Source: an uncultured Candidatus Rokubacteria bacterium (GTDB taxonomy: Bacteria > Methylomirabilota > Methylomirabilia > Rokubacteriales > CSP1-6). Taken from it: a stretch of DNA of 64,000 bases. Of this stretch, positions 9,709-19,486 are shown piece after piece (the first letter of the stretch is position 1; every line of letters starts with the position of its first letter). The notes below the pieces were generated by a model. That model had not been told where the DNA came from. It did no database searches and saw only the letters and a list, made by a program, of their open reading frames with translations. The DNA lies in NCBI GenBank assembly GCA_963754315.1, contig CAVWFS010000011.1:96001-160000 (forward strand), in the 5' to 3' direction. The translations under genes were made by a program, and so were the position numbers.

Positions 9709-10848
9709 ATGAAGAAGTACCAGCTCATGGCGCCTGGCCCCACGCCGGTTCCGAGCCAAGTCCTCCTGGCCATGGCCCGACCGATGATCCACCACCGCAC
9801 CCCCGAGTACGAGGCGCTCTTCGTCGAGATCCGCGCGGGGCTCAAGAGGGTTTTCCAGACCACGGAGGATGTCATCCCTCTGGCCTGCTCCGGAACGGGA
9901 GCGATGGAAGCGGCGGTGGTCAACACGCTGTCGGCGGGCGACACGGTGGCCGTGGTGAAGGCCGGCAAGTTCGGCGAGCGCTGGATCGAGATAGCCCGCG
10001 CCCACGGACTCTCAGTGATCGAGATGTCGGCTCCGTTCGGGCAGACGGTATCGCCGGATCGCGTGGCGGAGACGCTCAGGGCTCACGCGGAGATCAAGGC
10101 GGTGCTCACCCAGCACAGCGAGTCCTCGACGGGCGTGCTGCACGACGTGCGCGCCTATGCGGCGCTGACCCGTGACACCGATGTCCTGTTGATCGTCGAC
10201 GCGGTTTCGAGTCTCGGCATCGCCAACCTCGAGATGGACGGGTGGGGAATCGACGTCGTCGTGGCCGGTTCCCAGAAGGGGCTGATGCTGCCCCCGGGAC
10301 TCGCGTTCTGCGCGCTGTCCCCCAAGGCGTGGGCGAAGACGCTCACCTCGCGCTTGCCCAAGTACTACTTCGACCTCACCGCCGAGCGCGCCTTTGCCCG
10401 CAAGAACGAGGCCCACTTCACACCGGCCGTGGGGATCATGCTGGGACTGCGCGAGGTGCTGCGCATGCTGGACGCCGAGGGCCTCGGCACCGTGTTCCTC
10501 CGCCATGACCGGCTGGCGCGCGCCGCTCGCGCCGGCTGCGAGGGCCTGGGACTCGAGCTCTTCGCCAAGGCGGCGCCGAGCCCGGCCCTGACCGCGGTGG
10601 TGGCCCCGCCTGGCATCGACAGCGAAGCCATCGTGGCCGCGTACGCGCAGGTCCACAACATCACCATCGCGGGGGGACAGGGCGAGATGAAAGGGCAACT
10701 CTTTCGCCTTGGCCACATGGGTTATGCCGCCGAGTTCGACGTGATCGTGGCGCTGGCCGCCCTCGAGCAGATCCTGGCCGATCTTGGACTGCCGGTCGAC
10801 TTCGGAGCCGGGGTGGGGGCCGCCCAGAAAGTCTTCGCCGACGGCTGA
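9709..10848 (+). CDS. Class V PLP aminotransferase (alanine-glyoxylate/serine-pyruvate family)
   Basis: PGPTPVP, SGTGAMEA, HSESSTG, VDAVSS, GSQKG, RLGHMG. Confidence 0.93.
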   Translation: MKKYQLMAPGPTPVPSQVLLAMARPMIHHRTPEYEALFVEIRAGLKRVFQTTEDVIPLACSGTGAMEAAVVNTLSAGDTVAVVKAGKFGERWIEIARAHGLSVIEMSAPFGQTVSPDRVAETLRAHAEIKAVLTQHSESSTGVLHDVRAYAALTRDTDVLLIVDAVSSLGIANLEMDGWGIDVVVAGSQKGLMLPPGLAFCALSPKAWAKTLTSRLPKYYFDLTAERAFARKNEAHFTPAVGIMLGLREVLRMLDAEGLGTVFLRHDRLARAARAGCEGLGLELFAKAAPSPALTAVVAPPGIDSEAIVAAYAQVHNITIAGGQGEMKGQLFRLGHMGYAAEFDVIVALAALEQILADLGLPVDFGAGVGAAQKVFADG

Positions 10849-10878
10849 GAGGCTCGCCCGGTGTAAACTGGGCAGGTT

Positions 10879-11502
10879 GTGAAGAGCATGCGCCTCTTCG
10901 CCATACGCCACGGGGAGACCGCCTGGACCCGGGAACGGCGCTTCTCGGGCGCACGTGATATCCCGCTGACGGAGCATGGCCAGCGCCAGGCGGAGGCCGT
11001 GGCTCAGGCCTTGGCCGGGGAGCGGATCACTGCGGTCTACACGAGCCCGCTGGTGCGGGCCCGCGCCTCGGCCGAGATCATTGCCCGTCCCCATGGGTTG
11101 CCGGTGAGGGTGGAGCCAGCCTTCCGAGAGATGGCCTTCGGCGAGTGGGAAGGGCTGACCCGACACGATCTGGAGACCGGCGGTACGCCCATGATGGAGA
11201 CGTGGCGCACCGAACCCGAGCGCGTGACCCCGCCCGGGGGCGAGAGCGTCACGGACGTGGCGGCGCGGGTGGGCAAGGCTCTGCAAGGGGTCCGGGACAA
11301 TCATCCCGAGGGGACGGTGGTCCTGGTGAGCCACGCCATCGTGTTGCGCCTGCTCGTGCTGGACGCGCTCGGGCTGGGGCCGGAGCGCCTGTGGTCGTTG
11401 GATGCCTCACCGGCCGGCCTGACGGAGATCGAATACCAACCGGAGTGGGCGACCGTGCATCGCATGAACACCCTGGCCCATCTGCGTCCGCTCGACGCAT
11501 GA
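10879..11502 (+). CDS. Histidine phosphatase (phosphoglycerate mutase family)
   Basis: RHGET, SPL.RA, FGEWEG, PGGES, VSH. Confidence 0.92.
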   Translation: MKSMRLFAIRHGETAWTRERRFSGARDIPLTEHGQRQAEAVAQALAGERITAVYTSPLVRARASAEIIARPHGLPVRVEPAFREMAFGEWEGLTRHDLETGGTPMMETWRTEPERVTPPGGESVTDVAARVGKALQGVRDNHPEGTVVLVSHAIVLRLLVLDALGLGPERLWSLDASPAGLTEIEYQPEWATVHRMNTLAHLRPLDA

Positions 11503-12815
11503 GGCCCGTGCCCACCCAGCTCCCCCGGGGGGCACGGAACTATCTCCCGGATGACGCTTCCCGCAAGCGCCACGTGGAGAGCCAGCTCCTCGGCATCTTC
11601 GCGCGCTGGGGCTATCGCGAGATGGTCACCCCGAGCTTCGAGTTCTTCGACGTCCTCTCCCTTGGCACCGACGGCGGACTGCAGGAGCACATGTTCAAGT
11701 TCGTCGACCGTGAGACAGGCCGGCTCCTCGCCCTGCGCGCGGACATCACACCCCAGATCGCGCGGGTGGTTGCGACGCGGCTGCGCGAGGCGCCCATGCC
11801 GGTGCGGCTGGCCTACGTGGCCAGCGTGTTTCGCGACGACAGCTCCCCCATGGCCAGCGCGCGCGAGCTGCATCAGGCAGGCGTCGAGCTGATCGGTCTG
11901 GAGAAGCCGGAGGCCGAGGTGGAGATCATCGCCATGGCGCTCGAGGGGCTGCGCGCCCTTGGCCTGCACCGCTTTCAGCTCGATCTCGGGCATGGCGACT
12001 TCTTTCGCGGGCTGGCCGAAGAGGCGGGGGCCGACGCCGAGCAGCGCCGCGAGCTGCGACGGGCCCTGGCCCGCAAGGACACGGCGACTCTTCAGCGTTT
12101 GGTCGAAGCACTGCCGGCGTTGACCGCCGTGCGTGAGGGCCTGCTGGCCCTGCCCGCCCTCATCGGCCACGAGGAGATCCTGGAGCGCGCGGCCGCCCTC
12201 GCCTGCGGGGAGCGCGCCACCCGCGCCGTGCAGAACCTATCGGAGGTCTATCGCCTGCTCACCATCTATGGGCTTGGCGACGCCGTACTGTTCGACCTCG
12301 GCGAGGTGCGTGGCTTCGACTACTACTCGGGGTTGCACTTCGAGGCGTACGTGTCAGGCTTCGGAACCTCGGTGGCCGGCGGCGGCCGCTACGATCAGAT
12401 GCTGGCCCGCTTCGGCTTCGACTGTCCAGCCGTGGGGTTCGCCTTCGACGTGGGCGGGCTCTTGACGGTGATGGAGGCGCAGGGAGTGGCGGTCACGCTC
12501 GAGGGGCCCGATTTCTTCATTATCGACTTCACCCCAGAGAAGACGGCAGCGCTCTCGCTGGCCCGTCGGCTGCGCGACCTGGGTGCCTCGGTCGCGCGCG
12601 ACATCGTGAGCCGCGGTCTGGACGACTCGCTGACCTATGCGCGCGCGCAGCGCGTGCGGCGTGTGCTGGTCGTCGGTAGCCCCCGCACCCGTCCCGGCTG
12701 GCTGCTCGATCTTGAGCTGGCCAGCGGCCGGGAACGAGAGCTGGAGGTGAGTGCTGTGCTGAGCGATCCCGGACGTTCCTTCGAGGAGCTCCATGCCGGA
12801 GGGGGCGATGCCTAA
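11499..12815 (+). CDS. hisZ: ATP phosphoribosyltransferase regulatory subunit
   Basis: LP.G.R.YLP, LRADITPQIAR, QAGVELIG, DYYSG, GGGRYD, AVGF; hisZ-purA adjacency. Confidence 0.9.
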   Translation: MRPVPTQLPRGARNYLPDDASRKRHVESQLLGIFARWGYREMVTPSFEFFDVLSLGTDGGLQEHMFKFVDRETGRLLALRADITPQIARVVATRLREAPMPVRLAYVASVFRDDSSPMASARELHQAGVELIGLEKPEAEVEIIAMALEGLRALGLHRFQLDLGHGDFFRGLAEEAGADAEQRRELRRALARKDTATLQRLVEALPALTAVREGLLALPALIGHEEILERAAALACGERATRAVQNLSEVYRLLTIYGLGDAVLFDLGEVRGFDYYSGLHFEAYVSGFGTSVAGGGRYDQMLARFGFDCPAVGFAFDVGGLLTVMEAQGVAVTLEGPDFFIIDFTPEKTAALSLARRLRDLGASVARDIVSRGLDDSLTYARAQRVRRVLVVGSPRTRPGWLLDLELASGRERELEVSAVLSDPGRSFEELHAGGGDA

Positions 12816-14133
12816 CATCGTGGTGGTTGGCGCGCAGTGGGGTGACGAGGGCAAGGGCAAAGTCGTCGACGTGATCACGCCTCACGTCAACGTGGTCGTG
12901 CGCTTCCAGGGAGGCAACAACGCCGGCCACACGGTGGTGGTGGGACGCGAGAAGTACGTGCTCCACTCGATTCCCTCCGGCATCCTTCACCCCGGGTGCC
13001 GCTGCGTGATCGGCTGTGGGGTGGTGGTCGATCCCAGCGCCCTCATCGAGGAGATGGAGTCGCTCGTCCAGCGGGGGGCTGCCCTCGACGGCAACCTCTT
13101 CATCTCGAAGAACGCGCACGTGATCATGCCCTACCATCCGGCCCTCGACCGCGCCTCGGAGGCCAAGCTGGGGTCACGCCGCATCGGAACCACTGGCAAG
13201 GGGGTCGGGCCCGCCTACGTCGACAAGGCGGCCCGGGTCGGGATTCGCATGGCCGACCTGCTGGATGAGCGTCTCTTCCGGGCCAAGCTCGAGTCGAACC
13301 TGGCGGAGAAGAACCGGGTGCTGCGGGGGATCTATGACGCCCAGACGTTTACCGTGGAGGAGATTCTCAATCCCTACCTGCGCTACGCCGGATGGCTGGC
13401 TCCGTACATCACGGACACTGCCCTCCTCCTGAGCAAGTGGATGGATAGCGGCTACTCCGTGTTGTTTGAAGGTGCCCAGGCCACCATGCTCGACATCGAT
13501 CACGGCACCTATCCGTACGTCACCTCGTCGTCGACGACCGCGGGCGGCGCCGCCATCGGCACCGGAGTGCCGCCAACCCGCATCCACGGGGTGCTGGGCG
13601 TGGCCAAGGCGTACACCACGCGCGTGGGGGGCGGGCCATTTCCCACCGAGATGGCCGGCGCGGAGGCCGAGACGATGCGGACACGGGGCAACGAGTACGG
13701 CGCCACCACGGGCCGACCGCGGCGCTGCGGCTGGTTCGATGCGGTGGTTATGCGCTACGCCGTCCGTGTCAACGGATTCGACACGGTCGCCCTCACCAAG
13801 CTCGACGTGCTCGACCAGTGCGAGACCATCAAGATCTGTACGGGCTATCGATGGCGCGGCGACATCCTCACCGATTTCCCCGACGAGGAGACGGCGGTCG
13901 AGGAAGCCGAGCCGGTGTACGAGGAAGTGTCGGGCTGGGGCGCCTCGACTCAAGGTGTTCGCCACGAGGCCGAGCTACCGGCGAAGGCCCGGCGCTATCT
14001 CGAGCGCCTCGAGGAGCTGACCGGCGTTCCCTTCTGTCTCATCTCGACCGGCGCCGTCCGCGACGACACCATCGTGTGCGAGTCGTCGCCCTTGCTCTCC
14101 TGGTATCCCGGCGTGCGCGGGAGCCTGGCCTGA
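12808..14133 (+). CDS. purA: Adenylosuccinate synthetase
   Basis: GAQWGDEGKGK, GGNNAGHT, EGAQ, TYPYVTSS, TTGRPRRCGWFD, TKLDVL. Confidence 0.99.
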   Translation: MPNIVVVGAQWGDEGKGKVVDVITPHVNVVVRFQGGNNAGHTVVVGREKYVLHSIPSGILHPGCRCVIGCGVVVDPSALIEEMESLVQRGAALDGNLFISKNAHVIMPYHPALDRASEAKLGSRRIGTTGKGVGPAYVDKAARVGIRMADLLDERLFRAKLESNLAEKNRVLRGIYDAQTFTVEEILNPYLRYAGWLAPYITDTALLLSKWMDSGYSVLFEGAQATMLDIDHGTYPYVTSSSTTAGGAAIGTGVPPTRIHGVLGVAKAYTTRVGGGPFPTEMAGAEAETMRTRGNEYGATTGRPRRCGWFDAVVMRYAVRVNGFDTVALTKLDVLDQCETIKICTGYRWRGDILTDFPDEETAVEEAEPVYEEVSGWGASTQGVRHEAELPAKARRYLERLEELTGVPFCLISTGAVRDDTIVCESSPLLSWYPGVRGSLA

Positions 14134-14147
14134 GCCGGTAGGGCGTC

Positions 14148-15395
14148 CTGTCGGGGCGCTGGCCGCTGTATGCCGTCGTCGGGGTCGGTTTTGTTGGCTA
14201 CAGTCTGACCGGAGTCCTGTTCCCGCCGCTGTTCTTGCACAACGAGGACGGCTTCTTGCCGGCTGCCACGCCCCTCAGCCAGCGTGTCCTCACGCTCGGG
14301 TACGTGCTCGCGCTCTATCCGTTCGGCCAGTTCCTGGGCTCCCCTGTGCTCGGCGCACTGTCCGATCGGCGAGGCCGGCGCCCCGTCCTGCTCGGCTCAC
14401 TTGCGGCGAGCCTGGTCTGGTACGTCCTCATTGCAACCGCGGTCGCCACCCGCAGTCTCGTGCTCCTGACGGTGGCATGCTTTGGAGCCGGTTTGTCGGA
14501 GGCCAACGTCGCCATCGCGCAGAGCGCGCTGGCCGATCAGAGCGGTGCCGCTGAACGGCCTCGGCTGTTCGGCTACGTCAACCTGGCGATCACTGGCGCC
14601 TTCGTGGTCGGACCCTTGCTCGGTGGCAAGCTGGCCGATCCCGCCCGCGGCGGATGGTTCGGCTACGCCACCCCGCTGTGGACGGTGGCCGGCCTGCTGA
14701 TCCTCGTGCTGATCTCGTGCGTGACCAGCTTTCGAGAGACTCACCGAGGGACACCAGGCCGTCCCATCGATTACCTCGAGGCCCTCACGAGTCTGCGCAC
14801 CCTGGTGACCGACCGACGCCTGCGCCCGCTCTACCTCGTCAATCTACTGCTCTATCTGGCCATGTACGGGTTCTTCCGCGCGTTTCCCATGTACCTGGTC
14901 GACGAGTGGCAGGCGGGGGTTGTCCGCATTGCCGAGTTTGTGGCCTATATCTCCATTCCATTCTTCGTGGTGAACTTCGGACTGATCGGCGCCCTGTCGC
15001 GGCGCTTCTCCCCTCGCACGCTTGCCATCTGGTCGGCACTGCCCATCGCCCCTCTCATCACCCTCGTGGTCGTTCCGTCCTCCCTGGAGGCACTCTGGTT
15101 CACCTTGCCGCCGGTCACCCTGGCCATGGCCATCTGCCTCACCGCGTGTGCGACCCTGCTGTCCAGCTCTGTCGGCACCGACGAGCAGGGCCGGGTGATG
15201 GGCAACAACATGTCACTACAGACGGGCGCCGAGGCGGTGTCGGGGCTGCTGGCGGGCGCCCTGGCGGTCATCGCCATCAAGCTGCCCCTGCTCGCCACGT
15301 CCTGGGCGGCCGTGCTGGCGGCCCTGATCCTGCTCCGCTGGTGGCCGGTAGCTGGGCGTGGCCAGTCTCGCGGCGCGCCGGTCTCCGTGGTCTAA
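14148..15395 (+). CDS. MFS transporter (TetA/DHA1-like); start uncertain
   Basis: Motif A LGALSDRRGRRPVL and multiple TM segments; TM1 is encoded upstream of the TTG at 14235, in-frame CTG at 14148. Confidence 0.85.
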   Translation: MSGRWPLYAVVGVGFVGYSLTGVLFPPLFLHNEDGFLPAATPLSQRVLTLGYVLALYPFGQFLGSPVLGALSDRRGRRPVLLGSLAASLVWYVLIATAVATRSLVLLTVACFGAGLSEANVAIAQSALADQSGAAERPRLFGYVNLAITGAFVVGPLLGGKLADPARGGWFGYATPLWTVAGLLILVLISCVTSFRETHRGTPGRPIDYLEALTSLRTLVTDRRLRPLYLVNLLLYLAMYGFFRAFPMYLVDEWQAGVVRIAEFVAYISIPFFVVNFGLIGALSRRFSPRTLAIWSALPIAPLITLVVVPSSLEALWFTLPPVTLAMAICLTACATLLSSSVGTDEQGRVMGNNMSLQTGAEAVSGLLAGALAVIAIKLPLLATSWAAVLAALILLRWWPVAGRGQSRGAPVSVV

Positions 15396-15430
15396 TCGAC
15401 GAGGGCGAAATCTCACCTCGGGAGAAATCG

Positions 15431-15799
15431 ATGAGGCACCGGACGATCATCGGCGCGTGGATCGCAGTGGGCTTGCTGATAGGCGAGGGGTCCGCGCTGG
15501 CCCAACTCCCTGGTGGCGTGCAGATCCCCGGAGGAGCGTCGCTGCCCACGGGGGGATTCTCCAAGGACGCGCTGCTGAGTCAAGCCAAGACAATGCTGAG
15601 CGATCTCATCTCGATGAAGAACAGCGGCACGCTGGCGCCCGAGCAGCTGAAGCAGGTCGACACCATGGTGCCCAAGGCCACCTCGCTGACAAGTGAGCTG
15701 GAGAAGCCGCAGGTCGATGCCGCCAAGCTCCCGCAGCTCGCGACTGACGTCAACGATCTGCAGAAGCAGGTCACGGCTCTCAAGGGTCTGATGAAGTGA
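15431..15799 (+). CDS. Hypothetical secreted helical protein
   Basis: SD GGGAGA, signal peptide ending ALA-Q, typical codon usage. Confidence 0.7.
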   Translation: MRHRTIIGAWIAVGLLIGEGSALAQLPGGVQIPGGASLPTGGFSKDALLSQAKTMLSDLISMKNSGTLAPEQLKQVDTMVPKATSLTSELEKPQVDAAKLPQLATDVNDLQKQVTALKGLMK

Positions 15800-15836
15800 C
15801 CGACGGCGCTAACTGGCAAACATACGGGGCCGGACG

Positions 15837-16205
15837 ATGAGCATTGAGCGAACCAAGGGAGTGACACCACTCGGTGTCGGGGGTGAGCGGACCGTGGAAT
15901 GGCAGGTCAAGCTCAGCGCCGAACCGCCCAAGAGCTGGCGCGACGCGTTCAAGAATTCGGATGTACGCGCGGAGTTCGCCGATCCCCACGATGTGGTTTT
16001 TCGCAGGAATGCCCTGCTGTTCAAGTGCCGCGAGGACCAGCTCGGCGTGTGGATCGAGTGTATCGACGGATGGATCACCCACGCCAATCGAGCGGAGGTC
16101 GAGGCAAAAGAGGCCTCCCTTCGGAAGGCAGCCGCCCAGGAGGCGGAGACGCAGAACCGCGCGCAACACCTGACGGAGCTAAGGGACAAGTACAAGGACC
16201 TCTAA
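15837..16205 (+). CDS. Hypothetical protein
   Basis: Co-oriented ORF filling the gap; globular N-terminus and coiled-coil C-terminus. Confidence 0.65.
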   Translation: MSIERTKGVTPLGVGGERTVEWQVKLSAEPPKSWRDAFKNSDVRAEFADPHDVVFRRNALLFKCREDQLGVWIECIDGWITHANRAEVEAKEASLRKAAAQEAETQNRAQHLTELRDKYKDL

Positions 16206-16209
16206 ACCC

Positions 16210-17880
16210 ATGGGCGCGTCGCGGACAGACACGGCCGCCGACCTCCTCGTGCGGTGCCTGGAGAACGAGGGCGTGCGGTACGTTTTTGGCTTGCCCGGCG
16301 AGGAAGTCCTGCACGTACTCGACGCGCTCTCGCGCAGCCGAGAGATCCGCTTCGTGGGGACACGCCACGAGCAGGGCGCGGCGTTCATGGCCGACGTCTA
16401 TGGCCGCTTGAGCACCTATCCCGGCGTGTGTCTGGCCACCCTCGGCCCAGGGGCCACGAATCTGGTCACGGGCATCGGCGACGCGCAGCTCGATCGGGCG
16501 CCCCTGGTTGCCATCACGGGCCAGGCGGGGCTGGAGCGCGTCTACAAGGAGAGCCACCAGTACATCGACGTCGTGCGGATGCTGGCGCCCATCACCAAGT
16601 GGAACGCGCGGGTCGAACGCGCCGATGCCTTGCCCGAGATGGTCCGCAAGGCATTTCGGCTGGCGCGGCTGGAGAAGCCTGGGGCCACCCATCTCGAACT
16701 GCCCGAGGATGTGGCAGCCTCCGAGGTGCCGGCGGCGCTGGCTCCGATGCCGGTGCGCCGCACGACCTATCCACGCGCGGGCGGGACCACGCTCGCCGAT
16801 GCGGCCAAGCGCCTTGCCCAGGCTCAGCGACCCCTGGTGCTCGCGGGCAACGGAGTCATCCGACGCCAGGCAAGCGGATACGGGGCCGTCGACGCCCTGG
16901 GAGATTTCGCAGTACGACTTCGCATCCCGGTCACCCACACGTTCATGGGGAAGGGCGCCCTGAGCTATCGCGAGCCTCTCGCCTTGCCGGCGGTGGGCCT
17001 GCTACGCGCGGGGGCCGACCTGGCGATCCTCGATGAACTAGCCCAGGCGGATCTGATCCTGGCCGTCGGCTACGACCTGGTCGAGTGGGCCCCCGCCGCC
17101 TGGAATGGCGGCTGCGACAAGGAGATCATTCACATCGACAGCACGCCGGCCGAGATCGACGGCCACTATCTGCCGACCATCGAGGTGGTGGGGGAGATCG
17201 GCGAGTCGCTCCGTGCTCTGACCGAGCTGAGCCAGGGGCACGCGGGGCAGTGGTGGCCGGACCGCCGAGACGTGCCCCACCCGCTGCTGAGCCGGCTCGC
17301 CAGCTACGCCAACGACGACAGCGTGCCGTTGAAGCCCCAGCGGGTCGTCTGGGATCTCCGGCAGGCGCTGGACGATGACGACATCCTGATCAGCGATGTC
17401 GGAGCCCACAAGGTCTGGCTTGCGCGTCTCTTTCCGACCAGCCGCGCAAACACCGTGATCATCTCCAATGGTTTCGCTTCCATGGGTATCGCTCTTCCGG
17501 GGGGGGTGGCCGCCAAGCTCGCCCATCCCACGCGCAAGGTGGTCGCGGTGAGCGGCGATGGCGGCTTCCTGATGAACTCCCAGGAGCTCGAGACGGCCCG
17601 GCGTCTCGGCACTGCCTTCGTCAACGTGGTATGGGCGGACGGCCGCTACGGCCTCATCGAGCTGAATCAGCGGCGACAGTTCGGCGACGCCTTCGGCGTC
17701 GAGTTCGGCGACGTCGACCTGATTCGCTATGCGGAAGCCTTCGGCCTGCCCGCCTGGCGGATCGAACGAGCAGCCGACCTGTTGCCCACCCTGCGCCGCG
17801 CCCTCGATGTCGAAGGGCCGTCTCTCATTGCCGTGCCCGTCGACTACGCCGAGAACCTTCGTCTCGCGGAGAGGGTTTAG
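16210..17880 (+). CDS. Acetolactate synthase large subunit-like TPP enzyme
   Basis: FGLPGEE, RHEQGAAFMA, TLGPGATN, SDVGAH, GDGGFLMN. Confidence 0.92.
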   Translation: MGASRTDTAADLLVRCLENEGVRYVFGLPGEEVLHVLDALSRSREIRFVGTRHEQGAAFMADVYGRLSTYPGVCLATLGPGATNLVTGIGDAQLDRAPLVAITGQAGLERVYKESHQYIDVVRMLAPITKWNARVERADALPEMVRKAFRLARLEKPGATHLELPEDVAASEVPAALAPMPVRRTTYPRAGGTTLADAAKRLAQAQRPLVLAGNGVIRRQASGYGAVDALGDFAVRLRIPVTHTFMGKGALSYREPLALPAVGLLRAGADLAILDELAQADLILAVGYDLVEWAPAAWNGGCDKEIIHIDSTPAEIDGHYLPTIEVVGEIGESLRALTELSQGHAGQWWPDRRDVPHPLLSRLASYANDDSVPLKPQRVVWDLRQALDDDDILISDVGAHKVWLARLFPTSRANTVIISNGFASMGIALPGGVAAKLAHPTRKVVAVSGDGGFLMNSQELETARRLGTAFVNVVWADGRYGLIELNQRRQFGDAFGVEFGDVDLIRYAEAFGLPAWRIERAADLLPTLRRALDVEGPSLIAVPVDYAENLRLAERV

Positions 17881-18818
17881 AGCAGACGGTCGAGGCGGAA
17901 GCGACCCTTGGCCTGCACCAGCGGCTTCCAGAGGTCGCCGAGCTTGCCCACGCGGGCGGGCACGTTGCGCAGGTGGAAGTCTTCGAGGCGAATACCGCGC
18001 TCGATCTCGCTCCAGGTCACGGGTGTGGACACGGCCGCCTTCGGGTGGGGCCGCACAGAGTACACCGAGGCCAGGGTCCGTCCCCAGGCGTTCTGGTTGT
18101 AGTCGACGAGAACGCGCCCGGCCGGACGGCGGCTGACCCGGTACTCGGCTGTGAGCAGCGCAGGGTGCAAGGAGGCCAGGCGGAGGGAGAAGCGCTTGGC
18201 GAAATCCCAGACGTCCTTCTGGGTCGGCCCGCGCACGATTGGCACATACACGTGGATGCCTCGCGAGCCCGTGGTCTTGGCGAAGGCCGGCATACCCAGG
18301 GCGTCGAGCCCGTCCCGCACGAGCAGGGCAGCCGCGCGGACGCGTTCGAACGGGGTCTCCGGCTTGCCCTTCACAGGATCGAGGTCGAAATGCAGATAGT
18401 CCGGCTTGTCCACCTCGTCGCACCGGGCGTACCACTGGTTGAGATCGATGCAGCCGAGATTGACCACCCACAGGAGCGAAGGAAGGTCCTGGATCATCGG
18501 GAAGTCGATGACGTTGCCCGAGGCGTGCTCGATCGAGCACAGCTCGATCCAGTCCGGTCGGGGCGACGGCGCGCGCTTCATGAAGAAGAACTCGCCCGCC
18601 GCGCCGTTGGGATAGCGCTTCATGACCATCGCCCGGTCGTGCAGATGAGGCAGCAGGACACCCGCGACGTCCGCGTAGTACTGAAGCAGGTCGCGCTTGA
18701 CGATGCCGAGGGCCGGCCAGAAGGGCTTGTCGAGGTTCGTGAGGTGGACGGTACGCGCTCCCACCCGCACGTCCACGGTCTCGGTATCACGGGGAAGCTC
18801 GATTCGGGTTACAGGCAT
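17877..18818 (-). CDS. Stand-alone LigD-type primase-polymerase (NHEJ POL domain)
   Basis: LTNLDK, KRYPNG, FDLDP, KTTGSRGIHV, VDYNQN, YSVRP, VSTPVTW. Confidence 0.93.
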   Translation of the reverse strand: MPVTRIELPRDTETVDVRVGARTVHLTNLDKPFWPALGIVKRDLLQYYADVAGVLLPHLHDRAMVMKRYPNGAAGEFFFMKRAPSPRPDWIELCSIEHASGNVIDFPMIQDLPSLLWVVNLGCIDLNQWYARCDEVDKPDYLHFDLDPVKGKPETPFERVRAAALLVRDGLDALGMPAFAKTTGSRGIHVYVPIVRGPTQKDVWDFAKRFSLRLASLHPALLTAEYRVSRRPAGRVLVDYNQNAWGRTLASVYSVRPHPKAAVSTPVTWSEIERGIRLEDFHLRNVPARVGKLGDLWKPLVQAKGRFRLDRLL

Positions 18819-18832
18819 TAATTCCTTGTCCG

Positions 18833-19486
18833 CTAGCTAGTTACGGAGTCCTTCTCGATATTTCTCTTGAGGATGCCGGGGCTCGGCGCCAGCCGTCGCG
18901 GGCGGGGCCCGTGGCGGGGGGTGCCCGCCACCGGCACGTACTGCAACTCGCTCTCGGCGGCCACGCAGCGTAGCAGGAGTCCGCCGCGGCTCATGTCCCC
19001 GCGCCCTACGAACTCGGCGGGAAAGCGCAGGCGTTCCCCGAGAACATCGGCCAGCAGGTCGACGTACTTGCCTGAGGCGACGCTGCCCAGCAGGACCACC
19101 TCGCAGCCAGCGCCGATGGCTTTGCCAAGGGCCCTGGTGTCGCGGAGCAGAGGCTCGCGGTAGCGGGGTTCCCGCGTGTCGATGGGCACCGCCGCAAAGC
19201 GGCGCAGGCGACTGACGTCGACCCGCTCTTCGGGCGGTCGAAGCCCATCGCAGGGCGTGATGATGACAACCCCGGGCACGCCAGGTGGTGGACTGGCGAA
19301 CATCTGGGCGTACGTCAACTTGCCGCGGAAGTAGAGGCCGCTCAAGAACGCGAAGGCCTCCCCCAGCGGGAGGCCTTCGGGCGCGTGCAGGCGGCGTGCG
19401 ACGGCAAACGTCGCTTGCTCATTGAACAAGAAGCGCGCGCGCTGGCCGGCGCACGAGGCGGGGGATAGGATGAACACCCGGTTCAT
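18833..19486 (-). CDS. Conserved hypothetical protein, possible remote YaaA/DUF328-like DNA-binding protein
   Basis: ATG overlaps the PolX stop; motifs ILSPA, FLSGLYFRGK, GLRPP, LGSVASGKY, SRGGLLLR. Confidence 0.75.
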   Translation of the reverse strand: MNRVFILSPASCAGQRARFLFNEQATFAVARRLHAPEGLPLGEAFAFLSGLYFRGKLTYAQMFASPPPGVPGVVIITPCDGLRPPEERVDVSRLRRFAAVPIDTREPRYREPLLRDTRALGKAIGAGCEVVLLGSVASGKYVDLLADVLGERLRFPAEFVGRGDMSRGGLLLRCVAAESELQYVPVAGTPRHGPRPRRLAPSPGILKRNIEKDSVTS

